Below, one piece after another: positions 8,368 to 18,252 of a DNA stretch of 64,000 nucleotides. How positions within the stretch are numbered: position 1 is the first letter of the stretch; every line of letters begins with the position of its first letter. Source of the stretch: Gemmatimonadaceae bacterium (GTDB lineage Bacteria > Gemmatimonadota > Gemmatimonadetes > Gemmatimonadales > Gemmatimonadaceae). The stretch spans positions 1,376 to 65,375 of the forward strand of contig JANMBU010000056.1 in assembly GCA_031360575.1 (NCBI GenBank), written 5' to 3'. The translations under genes and the position numbers were made by a program. A model generated the notes under the pieces. The model did no database searches. It saw nothing but the letters and a program-made list of their open reading frames with translations, and had not been told where the DNA came from.

Positions 8368-9600
8368 TCAATCGATACTAATGTGGCCCCTGGTATCGGA
8401 GAGGCCGGCCGTCGCGCAGACCACGGTCAGCAGCCGCGCGATGCCGGCACTCCCGTCGACGTTCTCGAACCACTCTCGCGGGGTGTGCGCATCGCCGCCA
8501 TGGCCGCCGGCGCCTAACGCGATGGCCGGAATTCCCAGCGCGATCGGGACGTTGGCGTCGGTCGACGCGGCCGCGAGCTCCGGCACGCGGCCGATCAGCC
8601 GTGTCGCCTCGACCGCGATCGCGACGAGCGCATGCGACTCGGCGGTCTCGCCAGCCGGGCGGTCGCCGATCAGCTCGACCGTGCTCGCCAGCGGCGGCGT
8701 TCCGCGGGCGCGCCGATCATTCTCCTCGCCAAGCGCGGCGTCGATGAGGCCGCGGACCTCGAGGCTGAGTTGCTCGAGCACGAGCTGGGACACCGATCGG
8801 AGATCGATCTCGACCAGCGCTTCGCCGGGTATCGCATTGATCGACACTCCGCCAATGATCCGCGTTACGCTCAGCGTCGTCCGCGGTTCGGCGGGTATGT
8901 CGAGCGCGGCCACCATCGCCGCAACGCATCCTGCTGCATTGAGCGGATTCGGCAACCCGTATGCGGACCAGCTGTGCCCACCGGAGCCAGTGAACATGAT
9001 TCGCCAACGACGGGACCCGACCGCGCGGTGCACGACGCGCTCATCGCCCGGTCCATCCACGATCAGCGCAGCGTGCGCGTGACGGCCGTTGTCGCTCGTG
9101 AAGTAGTGCTTCGCTCCACGCAGATCGCCGAGCGCTTCCTCGCCAACCGTAGCCAGCCAGACGATCGGTCGCCGCGGCTGGAGCCCGGCGCGCTGTATCG
9201 TCTCGGCGAGCGCGATCATCGCGGCGAGTCCGCGCGCGTTGTCGCCGATGCCGCGCCCGATCAGCCGCGATCCGTCGGTCCTGATGGTGACGTCGTCCGC
9301 GGCGGCGAACACGGTGTCGAGGTGTGCGCAGACGACCACCTGCGCGCTGTCGGAGGTCCCCCGCATCTGCCCGATAACGTTACCGACTGCATCGATTTCG
9401 ACGTGCAAGCCGGCGTTTCGCAGCCGGGACGCGATGTGGCGCGCCCGCTCGCCTTCCATCCCGGTCGGCGACGGAATCTCGCTCAGCGCGATCTGCGATT
9501 CGACCAAGGCAGCATCGTTCGCAACGAGCAGCGCGCGCGCGTCGCGGAGCAACTCGTGCGTGCGGTGGGTTGCGGTTGCCTCGATAGTGTTCGCTGGCAT
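8368..9600 (-). CDS. M20 family metallopeptidase (ArgE/DapE/PepT-like)
   Basis: Motifs 'VVCAHLDTV', 'GRGIGDNARG' and 'TVGEEALGD'. I prefer ATG 9600 ('MPANTIEA...') because the longer ORF (to 9696) would overlap the divergent MFS gene. Confidence 0.85.
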   Translation of the reverse strand: MPANTIEATATHRTHELLRDARALLVANDAALVESQIALSEIPSPTGMEGERARHIASRLRNAGLHVEIDAVGNVIGQMRGTSDSAQVVVCAHLDTVFAAADDVTIRTDGSRLIGRGIGDNARGLAAMIALAETIQRAGLQPRRPIVWLATVGEEALGDLRGAKHYFTSDNGRHAHAALIVDGPGDERVVHRAVGSRRWRIMFTGSGGHSWSAYGLPNPLNAAGCVAAMVAALDIPAEPRTTLSVTRIIGGVSINAIPGEALVEIDLRSVSQLVLEQLSLEVRGLIDAALGEENDRRARGTPPLASTVELIGDRPAGETAESHALVAIAVEATRLIGRVPELAAASTDANVPIALGIPAIALGAGGHGGDAHTPREWFENVDGSAGIARLLTVVCATAGLSDTRGHISID

Positions 9601-9647
9601 GTTGCTGTTATCTCGCGTGGCCACCAGGTGGCCGCAAGGGTTCTCGC

Positions 9648-10895
9648 ATGATGAAACCGGAATCGCCCGACCTGCGCGGGGCACCGCCCGCCGCAAAGCT
9701 GAAGCTGCCGCGCACCGTATTCGCGCTCGCTCTCGTCAGCCTGCTCACTGACGCGTCGAGCGAGATCATCTACCCGCTCCTTCCCCTCTTTCTGACCGCC
9801 ACACTCGGCGCCAGCGCTGCGACGCTCGGCGTGATCGAGGGTGCCGCTGAGACGACCGCGTCGCTCCTCAAGCTGGCCAGCGGATGGTGGTCGGATCGCA
9901 TCAAGCGGCGGAAGACGCTGGTGGTGATCGGTTACACGATCGCGTCGGTGGCGCGCCCGCTCGTCGCGCTCGCGCAGAGCGCGGGCCAGGTGCTCGCCAT
10001 CCGTGTGAGCGACCGTGTGGGGAAGGGAATTCGCAGCTCTCCGCGCGACGCGCTGCTCGCCGACGCGGTCGCGCCGGCGCAGCGAGGGCGCGCCTTCGGG
10101 CTGCACCGCGCGGCCGACCATCTCGGCGCGGTCATCGGACCGCTCCTCGCATTTGCCGTCCTGCGCTGGACGACGCTGACGCTCCGGCAACTGTTTCTGC
10201 TCGCGGCGATTCCCGGCGCGTTGGCGGTGATCGCCTTGATCGTCGGCGTCCGGGAGGAGCCGCGCGCCATCGCCGCCACCGTGCCTAACGGCGCGCCAGC
10301 AGCCACGCGCCCGACACTGGCCGGCGGCCTGCCCGGCCGGTTCTGGGGATTCCTCGGCGTGCTGCTGCTCTTCACGCTTGGGAATTCGAGCGATGCGTTC
10401 CTGCTGCTCCGCGCGTCGCAGATCGGCGTCGCGACCGCGCTGCTGCCCATTCTCTGGGCGATGCTGCACGTCGTGAAGTCGGCAACGAGCACGCCGGGCG
10501 GGACGTTGAGCGATCGCGTCGGACGCGCCCCACTGATCATCGCGGGATGGCTGATCTACGCAGCAGTATACCTCGGCTTCGGCCGCGCGACGGCGACCTG
10601 GCAGGCGTGGGCGCTGTTCGCGATCTACGGGACCTATTTCGGGTTGACCGAAGGCGTGGAGAAGGCGCTTGTTGCCGACCTCGTCCCAGAGGAGAAGCGC
10701 GGGGCGGGCTTCGGCTGGTACAACCTGGCGATCGGCCTCGGTGCGCTGCCTGCGTCCGTGATCTTCGGTGCGGTCTGGGATCGCTACGGCGCGGCGCGCG
10801 CGTTCGAGATGGGGGCGGCGTTCAGCGCGGTGGCTGCGGTTACGCTCCTCGTGGTGGTGCCGAGACGGCGGACGAAGGTCGCATCGGAACGTTAG
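9648..10895 (+). CDS. MFS transporter
   Basis: 415 aa with about 12 hydrophobic helices and the basic loop 'GWWSDRIKRRK' between TM2 and TM3. The TAG stop lies inside a CGTTAGGC word. Confidence 0.85.
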   Translation: MMKPESPDLRGAPPAAKLKLPRTVFALALVSLLTDASSEIIYPLLPLFLTATLGASAATLGVIEGAAETTASLLKLASGWWSDRIKRRKTLVVIGYTIASVARPLVALAQSAGQVLAIRVSDRVGKGIRSSPRDALLADAVAPAQRGRAFGLHRAADHLGAVIGPLLAFAVLRWTTLTLRQLFLLAAIPGALAVIALIVGVREEPRAIAATVPNGAPAATRPTLAGGLPGRFWGFLGVLLLFTLGNSSDAFLLLRASQIGVATALLPILWAMLHVVKSATSTPGGTLSDRVGRAPLIIAGWLIYAAVYLGFGRATATWQAWALFAIYGTYFGLTEGVEKALVADLVPEEKRGAGFGWYNLAIGLGALPASVIFGAVWDRYGAARAFEMGAAFSAVAAVTLLVVVPRRRTKVASER

Positions 10896-10904
10896 GCATG
10901 CGCC

Positions 10905-12398
10905 TTACCGCGGGCTGAAGTTCACCTGCATCCGCTTCAACTCGCAAATTGGCTGGCGTCCTTCGCGCGCCGGCGAGAACCGGACGTGTGGAAGTATGAT
11001 GTCCACGCTGGAAGCCGCGATGTTGTCCATCCCCCGCGGCGAGACGATCGATGCGGGGTCAACGTGCCCGGCCGAGTCCACGGTGAACTGGAGCCACCAG
11101 GTACCCGGTGGGGCATTGCCGACGATGTGGAGAATCGGCATCGACGCCGACCCACGGAGTTGCGCGCTCCAAATCACAGCTTTCGTCGTCCTATTTCGCT
11201 TCAGGGGGCCGGCGCTCGCTGCACGCGTCGCGTCGGCCGTCACGCCGGTCGGATACGCAGGCTGTACGTCCTCGCTTGCGAACACCGGCGACATCAGGAG
11301 CTGGTCGGTGAACCGAACCGGGTAGACGTGCTGCTTCGACTCGTCAGGCTGCGCCGATTCGAGCGGGCCCGTCACCGGCGCCCAGCCGAACGCCTCAACC
11401 CGGACCGCATACGTTCCGGGACGTGGCGCGTGAAGGACGAACAGGCCTCGCGCGTCAGTCCGGCCGGTAGCGACAGTGTTCTGCAGGCTATCCTCGAGTG
11501 CGACGCGCGCACAGCCTAACGGTTTTCTGCTATCAGCATCGACGGTGACGCCCTCGAAGACCGGCGCGTGCGGATCGACGGGGAAGGCGACGATCACCGG
11601 ATAGTCGACGACGTCCGCCGGGAGCTGCGTCAGTATCTGCTGCGCTTCGTCCGAGAGACGAAAGCGAACGATAGCCCTCCCCGGGGTGCGAGCGACCAGC
11701 GTTGATGGGGCGAGGAACCCAACTGCGGCTCCGCCCGGAACCTGATAACGCACCCACTGCGTCTGTCCGAGTACCACGCCCATACTGTCGAGCAGCAACA
11801 GGTGAACCTGCTGAAGATCTGCGCGGGTGCCGGGCGTGAGCACGAGCGAATCCGGGGAGACACGCAGTGACCGCGCCCTCCCGCTGAGAGCGGCGAAGTC
11901 GCTCCGCGAAAGCTCATTGAAGTGCGGCCCACGCGGATCGCGCTGAAGCGAGTCTGAACGCTGGATGGCCGCGAGACGCGTCCGCGCTTGCTCGTCGCCA
12001 TTGGCGGCGAGCGCGTTCAGCGCATTGATCCCCGCGGAATCGGCGTGCCAGCTGAATCCGAAATTATAGCCGAACGCTCTCTCCGGATCGCTCGCCTCGA
12101 CCCGAGCGGCCAGTTGGCGCTCGCCAGGGCCAACCCGGAGGTTCATCGAGTGTTGCCCGCAGGACTGCTTGACGTTCTCACAATTGGTGAGATTGATGCT
12201 GAACACGCGGACCGCAACTGTCGACCGGTTCTCGACGAAAAAAAGGTGTGCCGGCGGAATCCCTCCTCGCTCCTCGGTGGTCGAAAAGACAGTCTCGTGG
12301 GTCGGGGCGACGTACGGCCGCTGCGCTGTCTGGGCGCAGCCAAGGAGGAGCAGAGCCACAGCAGCACGAGGGAGCCTGGACGTGAATTCGTATCGCAT
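10905..12398 (-). CDS. secreted/lipoprotein with Big_2-like, carboxypeptidase-regulatory-like and TonB-C-like regions
   Basis: ATG 12398 gives the signal/lipobox 'AAVALLLLGC'. The segment 'FEGVTVDADSRKPLGCARVALED...TDARGLFVLHAPRPGTYAVRVEA' is CarboxypepD_reg-like. The C-terminal roughly 80 aa resemble a TonB C-terminal domain. The ORF track extends to 12446. Confidence 0.6.
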   Translation of the reverse strand: MRYEFTSRLPRAAVALLLLGCAQTAQRPYVAPTHETVFSTTEERGGIPPAHLFFVENRSTVAVRVFSINLTNCENVKQSCGQHSMNLRVGPGERQLAARVEASDPERAFGYNFGFSWHADSAGINALNALAANGDEQARTRLAAIQRSDSLQRDPRGPHFNELSRSDFAALSGRARSLRVSPDSLVLTPGTRADLQQVHLLLLDSMGVVLGQTQWVRYQVPGGAAVGFLAPSTLVARTPGRAIVRFRLSDEAQQILTQLPADVVDYPVIVAFPVDPHAPVFEGVTVDADSRKPLGCARVALEDSLQNTVATGRTDARGLFVLHAPRPGTYAVRVEAFGWAPVTGPLESAQPDESKQHVYPVRFTDQLLMSPVFASEDVQPAYPTGVTADATRAASAGPLKRNRTTKAVIWSAQLRGSASMPILHIVGNAPPGTWWLQFTVDSAGHVDPASIVSPRGMDNIAASSVDIILPHVRFSPAREGRQPICELKRMQVNFSPR

Positions 12399-12774
12399 GT
12401 CTGGGATTGGTGGCCGCGAGAGAGCGTAGGGCGGATCGGCGCCCATGGCGAACGGGGTCGCCAGATCCTAACGCTCGGATGGCACAGGTCAATAGGGGCG
12501 CGCGACTCGCCGCGCCGATCGGGTTCGAACCAATGGAGACGCTGGCCTAACGCCTCGCGACCGCCAAGCTGCGGATTCCGGGCTTACTCCGATGGTGCGG
12601 AGGCGCACCGGACGTGGCATCGAGCGGCGTCAGTCGTCGTTACGCGCGGCCGCGAACCCCGGAGATCGCGGAGGCTGGCACCCCGCGAACCGGTGGTCAA
12701 CGGCGCTCCGTTCCGCTCTGCCCTGTGCACCATCGCCCCGTTAGCTTCATAACAACCCTCCACCCCGGATTTGC

Positions 12775-13485
12775 GTGAGACCTCCGAAGCTCGTGGCGAT
12801 CGTCGCGCCGGTGCTCGCCGCGCTCGGCCTCGCTGCCGCAATCGCCGGTTGCAGCAAACCCGCGCCGCAGCCGCCGTCTCCCGTCGCGGCGCCGGTGAGC
12901 GACGTAGCGCCGCCGGCTCAAATGCCACCCCGCCGCGTCAGCCCGCTCGCCGGACTCGCTGGGCAGCACGTGGTGGTCCTCCCGGTTCACTACCTCCGCG
13001 CCGACACGCTGGGCTGGTCCGCGCACATCACCGAACCGCGCGCGACGCTCGCCGCGCTCGACAGCGCGATCGAACGCGCGCTCTCCGAGCGCGGTTTCCG
13101 TACGGATTGGACGTACCCGCCCGCGCTCGCGCGTTCAGCGCGCCGCAATGCCGGTTACGTCAGCGATCCGTACTCGCTCGCTGGTGAACGCCTCCGGTTC
13201 GGCGCGCGCGCGACCGACGGCAGTGTCGCCGAGCCGCTCGCGTCACAGCTGCGCAGCATCGTCGCGATCACCGACGCGCGATACGCGCTCTTTCCCGTCG
13301 AGCTGCGCTTTGAGCGGTTGACCGATGGCCGCGCGCGTCCAGTGCTGCGGCTCGCCCTGCTCGATGCGCGTGGCGCGTCAGTTCGCTGGATGGGTGACGT
13401 CCGCGGCGCGGCCGCAAACGAATTTTCTCAGGCGACGCTCGAAAGCGTCGCCTTCGCCTTCGCTGATCTCGTCGCTGCTCCCTGA
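12775..13485 (+). CDS. hypothetical lipoprotein
   Basis: 236 aa with a GTG start and signal peptide plus lipobox 'LGLAAAIAGCSKP'. I recognise no family. Confidence 0.55.
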   Translation: MRPPKLVAIVAPVLAALGLAAAIAGCSKPAPQPPSPVAAPVSDVAPPAQMPPRRVSPLAGLAGQHVVVLPVHYLRADTLGWSAHITEPRATLAALDSAIERALSERGFRTDWTYPPALARSARRNAGYVSDPYSLAGERLRFGARATDGSVAEPLASQLRSIVAITDARYALFPVELRFERLTDGRARPVLRLALLDARGASVRWMGDVRGAAANEFSQATLESVAFAFADLVAAP

Positions 13486-13506
13486 GCGCGGAACTCATTC
13501 TTCGTC

Positions 13507-14520
13507 ATGCCCACTCACGTAACGCTCATCCCCGGCGATGGAATCGGGCCAGGGATCACTGACGCCACCGTGCGCATCCTCGACGCGGCCGGCTGTGACT
13601 TCGTCTACGATCGACAGGTGGCGGGCCTCGCCGGTGTCTCCGCGGTCAACGATCCGATGCCCGAGGCGACGCTCGCGTCGATCCGCCGCACGCGACTCGC
13701 CCTCAAGGGCCCCCTCGAGACGCCGGTCGGTGGCGGTTATCGCTCGGTGAACGTTGCCCTCCGGAAGACCTTCGACCTCTACGCGAACGTGCGACCGGCG
13801 CACACCATCCGGCCCGGCGGCCGTTATGACAACGTCGACATCGTGCTCATTCGCGAGAACACCGAGGGGCTGTACATCGGGATCGAGCATTACGTCCCGA
13901 TCGCCGGCGATCCAAAAGCCGCGGCGGAATCGGTCGCGCTGATCACGCGGGCCGGTTCGGAGCGCATCGTCCGCTACGCATTCGAGTACGCGGTCTCGCA
14001 CAAGCGGAAGCGCGTCACGCTGGTCCACAAGGCGAACATTCTCAAGTTCTCGCAGGGGCTCTTTCTCGACGTCGGCCGCGAGATCGCCAAGGAGTACGCC
14101 GGACGCGTCGAGTTCGACGATCGGATCGTCGATGCTTGCGCGATGCAACTCGTGATGAAGCCCGAGACCTTCGACGTGATCGTCACGACGAACCTTTTTG
14201 GCGACATTCTTTCCGACGAGATCTCCGGCCTCGTCGGGGGACTTGGCCTCGCACCCGGCGCCAACATCGGGGCGCGGGCGGCGCTCTTCGAAGCGGTGCA
14301 CGGAACCGCCCCGGACATCGCCGGAAAGGGCGTCGCGAATCCGGGAGCCCTCGTGCTCGCGGCATGCATGATGCTCGATCACATCGGCGACAGCACGCGC
14401 GCCGATCGCATCCGCAACGCACTGACGCGCGTCATCCGCGAGGGAAAGACCCTCACCCGCGACCTCGGCGGCACCGCCAACACCGACCAGTTCACTGACG
14501 CGATCATTGCCGCACTCTGA
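13507..14520 (+). CDS. isocitrate/isopropylmalate dehydrogenase family enzyme, NAD-IDH (IDH3-like) type
   Basis: 337 aa with 'LIPGDGIGPGI', 'GYRSVNVALRKTFDLYANVRP', 'IRENTEGLY' and 'NLFGDILSDE'. Confidence 0.88.
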   Translation: MPTHVTLIPGDGIGPGITDATVRILDAAGCDFVYDRQVAGLAGVSAVNDPMPEATLASIRRTRLALKGPLETPVGGGYRSVNVALRKTFDLYANVRPAHTIRPGGRYDNVDIVLIRENTEGLYIGIEHYVPIAGDPKAAAESVALITRAGSERIVRYAFEYAVSHKRKRVTLVHKANILKFSQGLFLDVGREIAKEYAGRVEFDDRIVDACAMQLVMKPETFDVIVTTNLFGDILSDEISGLVGGLGLAPGANIGARAALFEAVHGTAPDIAGKGVANPGALVLAACMMLDHIGDSTRADRIRNALTRVIREGKTLTRDLGGTANTDQFTDAIIAAL

Positions 14521-15339
14521 ATGAGGATCTTTCACGTCTCCGACCTGCACTTCGGGCGACCGGCGGTTCCCGAGCAGATCGACGCGATCGAGGCGATGAT
14601 CCAGCGCGACCGTTATGACGTCGTCGCCATCTCCGGCGACGTCTCGCAGCGGGCCCGCGCCGGTGAGTTCCAGCGGGCGAAGGCGTTCATCCGCGACGCC
14701 GACAAGGTCAGCCACACCATCTGCGTGCCGGGCAACCACGACGTCCGCTGGTGGTTCGCTCCGCTCGGTCTCGGCGATGAGATGAGGATGTACGAGGGCT
14801 ACCGCGCCTACATCTCCGCCGAGCTGGAGCCAGTGCTGCGGCTGCCCGGCGCGACAATCGTCGGGCTGAACACGTCGCACGGCATCACCCGCCAGACGCT
14901 CACCTGGAACCTCCGCGACCTGTCGATCATCGGATATCTCACGCGCGCGCAGATCGCGCACGCTCGCACCGAGTTCGAGAAATCGCCGGCTGGCGACACT
15001 CGCGTCATCGTGATGCACCACAACCCGGTGAAGGGCGAACTCTCGCAGCGGCATGGACTCAAGAGCACCCGCAAGATCCTTGGTGCGTTCGCCGAGATGG
15101 GTGTCGATGCGGTGCTCTGCGGACATGATCATCAGGAAGCGATCCACTTCGTGGAGCACACGAAGAAGGGGACGGTCATTTCCACCGCGGGTACCGTCTC
15201 CAATCGCTCGCGCGGCGGGCGGCCATCGTCGCTGAACGTCCTCGACATCGAGCACAAGCAGGTGGAGACGACGACCTACGTGTGGACTCCGGAGCGACGA
15301 GAATTCGTCGCCGGAGCGGTGAAGTGCTACACGCGCTAG
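14521..15339 (+). CDS. metallophosphoesterase (calcineurin-like)
   Basis: 272 aa with 'HVSDLHFG', 'ISGDVSQ', 'PGNHD' and 'GHDHQ'. The ATG directly abuts the upstream stop. Confidence 0.85.
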   Translation: MRIFHVSDLHFGRPAVPEQIDAIEAMIQRDRYDVVAISGDVSQRARAGEFQRAKAFIRDADKVSHTICVPGNHDVRWWFAPLGLGDEMRMYEGYRAYISAELEPVLRLPGATIVGLNTSHGITRQTLTWNLRDLSIIGYLTRAQIAHARTEFEKSPAGDTRVIVMHHNPVKGELSQRHGLKSTRKILGAFAEMGVDAVLCGHDHQEAIHFVEHTKKGTVISTAGTVSNRSRGGRPSSLNVLDIEHKQVETTTYVWTPERREFVAGAVKCYTR

Positions 15340-16058
15340 CTCGCTTCATCGGCCGGTCCCGCACCGACCCGTCGCAGCTCTCGTTCGACCTCGCTGTCCC
15401 CGCGCGCACCGCGGATGATTTGCTCTCCCGCCTTCGGGCCCTCGGTCTTCGCCGCATCGCGACGTTGACGCTCACGCGCAACCGGGCCGTCATGGTGAGC
15501 TACCGCGGCGGCGAGCTGCGCGTGCACGAGGCCTACCTCGCCGCGGAAGTCGCGGTGCTGCGGGCAATCGTGCGATTCGTCGAGGGTCGCACGCGGGCCG
15601 AGCGCCGCGCAGCGCAGCGCGATATCATGGCGCACGAGATTCCGACAATTGCGCGCAAGATCACGCGCGAGCGCACCGCTCCGCAGGATCTTCCGTTGGC
15701 CGCGCGCCTCGCCGAGGTTCATCGCGACCTCAATGCGCGCCATTTTGGCGACAGCCTCACCGAAATCCCCATTCGCGTCTCGCGGAGGATGCGTTCCCGG
15801 CTCGGTCATTACACCGCCGCGACTCCCGCCGGCGATAGCGCGGAGATCGCGATCAGCCGATCACACCTGCGGCGCCATGGGTGGGACGAGACGCTCCACA
15901 CACTCCTCCACGAAATGGTGCATCAGTGGCAGGACGAGACCGGGCGCAGCATCGACCATGGTACGACGTTCCGCGCCAAGGCTCGCGAAGTCGGCATCGA
16001 AGCCGCCGCCCGGCGAATGGTCTGCGCACCCGCCCCGAGGATCGCGCGCTCGGCTTGA
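15324..16058 (+). CDS. SprT-like zinc metalloprotease domain protein
   Basis: Contains 'LLHEMVHQW' (HExxH) in an SprT-like context. The start is uncertain: GTG 15324 or ATG 15282, both overlapping the previous gene. Confidence 0.65.
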   Translation: MLHALARFIGRSRTDPSQLSFDLAVPARTADDLLSRLRALGLRRIATLTLTRNRAVMVSYRGGELRVHEAYLAAEVAVLRAIVRFVEGRTRAERRAAQRDIMAHEIPTIARKITRERTAPQDLPLAARLAEVHRDLNARHFGDSLTEIPIRVSRRMRSRLGHYTAATPAGDSAEIAISRSHLRRHGWDETLHTLLHEMVHQWQDETGRSIDHGTTFRAKAREVGIEAAARRMVCAPAPRIARSA

Positions 16059-16082
16059 ATCCCCGGTGGCAGGAGGCGACCT

Positions 16083-17285
16083 TTGAGGCTCTCCCCATCC
16101 CCACGATTCGTGACTTCCGACTACTTCAATATCGACAGCGCGCTTTCCGAAGAGGAACGCGCCGTTCGCGACAGCGTCCACAAGTTTGTCGACGACAGCA
16201 TCATGCCGATCATCGGCGATGCGTACGTCCAGGGCAAGTTTCCGAAGCAGATCATCCCGGGCCTCGCTGAGCTGGGCGTGTTCGGCGCGAATCTTCCCGA
16301 GGAGTACGGCTGCGCGGGACTGAACAACGTCGCCTATGGCCTGATCATGCAGGAGCTCGAGCGGGGTGATTCGGGCATCCGTTCGTTCGCCAGCGTGCAG
16401 GGTGCGTTGGTGATGTATCCCATCTACGCGTTCGGGAGCGAGGAGCAGAAGCGGCACTACCTCCCGAAGATGGCCGGCGGCGAGATCATCGGATGCTTCG
16501 GCTTGACCGAGCCCGATTACGGATCGAATCCGTCGGGGATGATCACGATGGCAAAGGAGCAGGCCGACGGAACGTGGGTGATCAACGGCTCGAAGATGTG
16601 GATCACCAATGGCTCGCAGGCGAAGGTCGCGATCGTCTGGGCGAAGACGAACGGCGATCCCGAGGCGAGCTCGATCCGCGGCTTCATCGTCCCCACCGAC
16701 GCGAAGGGGTTCACCGCGAAGGACCAGAAGGGCAAGCTGTCGCTCCGCGCCTCCGACACGAGCGAGCTGGTGCTCGACGACGTCCGTGTCGCCGCTGACG
16801 CGCTCCTCCCGAAGTCCGGCGGCATCAAGAGCCCGCTCATGTGCCTGACGCAGGCGCGTTATGGGATCTCCTGGGGAGCGTTAGGCGCGGCGATCGGCTG
16901 CTACGAGGAGGCGCTCGCCTACTCGAAGACGAGGATCATGTTCGGCAAGCCGATCGGCGGCTTCCAGCTGCAGCAGGCCCGCCTCGCCGACATGATCACC
17001 GAGATCGTGAAGGGTCAGCTCCTCTCCCTCCACCTCGGCCGCCTCAAGGACGCCGGCACGTACACGCCGCAGCAGGTCTCGCTGGCCAAGCGCAACAACG
17101 TCAACATCGCGACGAATATCGCCCGCGAGGCACGCCGCCTGCTCGGCGGTAATGGCATCCTCGCCGAATACGCCTCGATGCGCCACATGGCCAACCTCGA
17201 GAGCGTGTACACGTACGAGGGGACGCACGACGTTCATACGCTGATCATCGGGCAGGCGGTCACCGGTCTCGCGGCGTTTGAATGA
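16083..17285 (+). CDS. gcdH: glutaryl-CoA dehydrogenase (acyl-CoA dehydrogenase family)
   Basis: 400 aa with an ACAD fold ('GLTEPDYGSNPSGM', 'WITNG', 'YEGTHDVHTLIIG'). TTG start with AGGAGG 6 nt upstream. Confidence 0.85.
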   Translation: MRLSPSPRFVTSDYFNIDSALSEEERAVRDSVHKFVDDSIMPIIGDAYVQGKFPKQIIPGLAELGVFGANLPEEYGCAGLNNVAYGLIMQELERGDSGIRSFASVQGALVMYPIYAFGSEEQKRHYLPKMAGGEIIGCFGLTEPDYGSNPSGMITMAKEQADGTWVINGSKMWITNGSQAKVAIVWAKTNGDPEASSIRGFIVPTDAKGFTAKDQKGKLSLRASDTSELVLDDVRVAADALLPKSGGIKSPLMCLTQARYGISWGALGAAIGCYEEALAYSKTRIMFGKPIGGFQLQQARLADMITEIVKGQLLSLHLGRLKDAGTYTPQQVSLAKRNNVNIATNIAREARRLLGGNGILAEYASMRHMANLESVYTYEGTHDVHTLIIGQAVTGLAAFE

Positions 17286-17499
17286 GGGTCAGCACGGCGA
17301 TGAGAGATGAGCGAGGCTCCGATAGCGCGACAAGAGCAGCGAGAAACCGCCGGGCTGAGCGGCAACGGTAGGGCGTGCAGGTAGCTATGTCGTCTTTTCG
17401 CCTCTCATCTCTTCGCTCTCGATCGGGTCCTCTCTCCTCTCTCATCGCAGTGTCATAGCCAGTCCTGCTCCTCGCCACCCAAGTCCTCGGAGTAACACG

Positions 17500-18252
17500 T
17501 TGCGAATCGCGGTCTGCATCAAGCGCGTCCCCGTGATGGATGTGAAGTTCCGGATCGCCGCCGATGGGAAGTCGGTCGACGAAACGGGGCTCAAGTTCGA
17601 CGTGAACGACTTCGACCTCTGGGCCGTCGAGGCGGCGTTGCAGCTCAAGGAAAAAACCGGCGACGGCGAAGTCGCGGTCTTCTCGCTCGGGCCCGACGCG
17701 GTTCAGGAGCAGATCCGGAAGGCGTTGAGCATGGGCGCCGATCGCGGAGTGCACCTCAAGGCTGATGGTACCAGCGCCGATCCGCTCTCCATCGCGCGCG
17801 CACTCGCTGCGGAGCTCAAGGCGACCGCATGGGACGTGATCTTCTTCGGGCGGATGGCGATCGACAGTGCCGACCAGTCAGTCGGGCCGATGGTCGCCGA
17901 GCTGCTCGGGCTGCCCTGCGTCAGTGCGATCTCGTCGCTCGAGATCGCGAACGGGCGCGGTACCGCGAAGCGCGAGCTCGAAGGCGCGAGCGAGATCGTC
18001 GACTTTCCGCTTCCCGTCGTGCTCACGGTCGATGAGGGGCTCAACAAGGAACGTCTTCCCTCGCTCAAGGGGATCATGGCGGCGAAGAAGAAACCCCTCG
18101 AGTCGAAGCCGGCGCCGATCAACGGTGCGACGGTCAACGTGGTGAAGATGGAGCTTCCCCCCGAGCGTGTCGGCGGGCGAATCATCGGCGAGGGCGCTGC
18201 CGCGGTGCCGGAGCTGATCCGGCTCCTCCAGACCGAGGCGAAGGTCCTCTGA
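17500..18252 (+). CDS. etfB: electron transfer flavoprotein beta subunit
   Basis: 250 aa beginning 'MRIAVCIKRVP...'. TTG start with GGAG 8 nt upstream. Confidence 0.92.
   Translation: MRIAVCIKRVPVMDVKFRIAADGKSVDETGLKFDVNDFDLWAVEAALQLKEKTGDGEVAVFSLGPDAVQEQIRKALSMGADRGVHLKADGTSADPLSIARALAAELKATAWDVIFFGRMAIDSADQSVGPMVAELLGLPCVSAISSLEIANGRGTAKRELEGASEIVDFPLPVVLTVDEGLNKERLPSLKGIMAAKKKPLESKPAPINGATVNVVKMELPPERVGGRIIGEGAAAVPELIRLLQTEAKVL

Noticed and set aside
12505-12545. tRNA-like T-arm (ATTGG-TTCGAAC-CCGAT on the minus strand, palindromic GGTTCGAACC core)
   Set aside because: No matching acceptor stem, D-arm or anticodon arm could be built in either orientation, so it is probably a chance palindrome in the intergenic region.
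13495-15255. 586-aa minus-strand ORF spanning the IDH-like and metallophosphoesterase genes
   Set aside because: It is antisense to two genes with clear family motifs. Its Arg/Asp/Gly/Val-rich composition is typical of shadow ORFs in high-GC DNA, and I recognise no motif in it.
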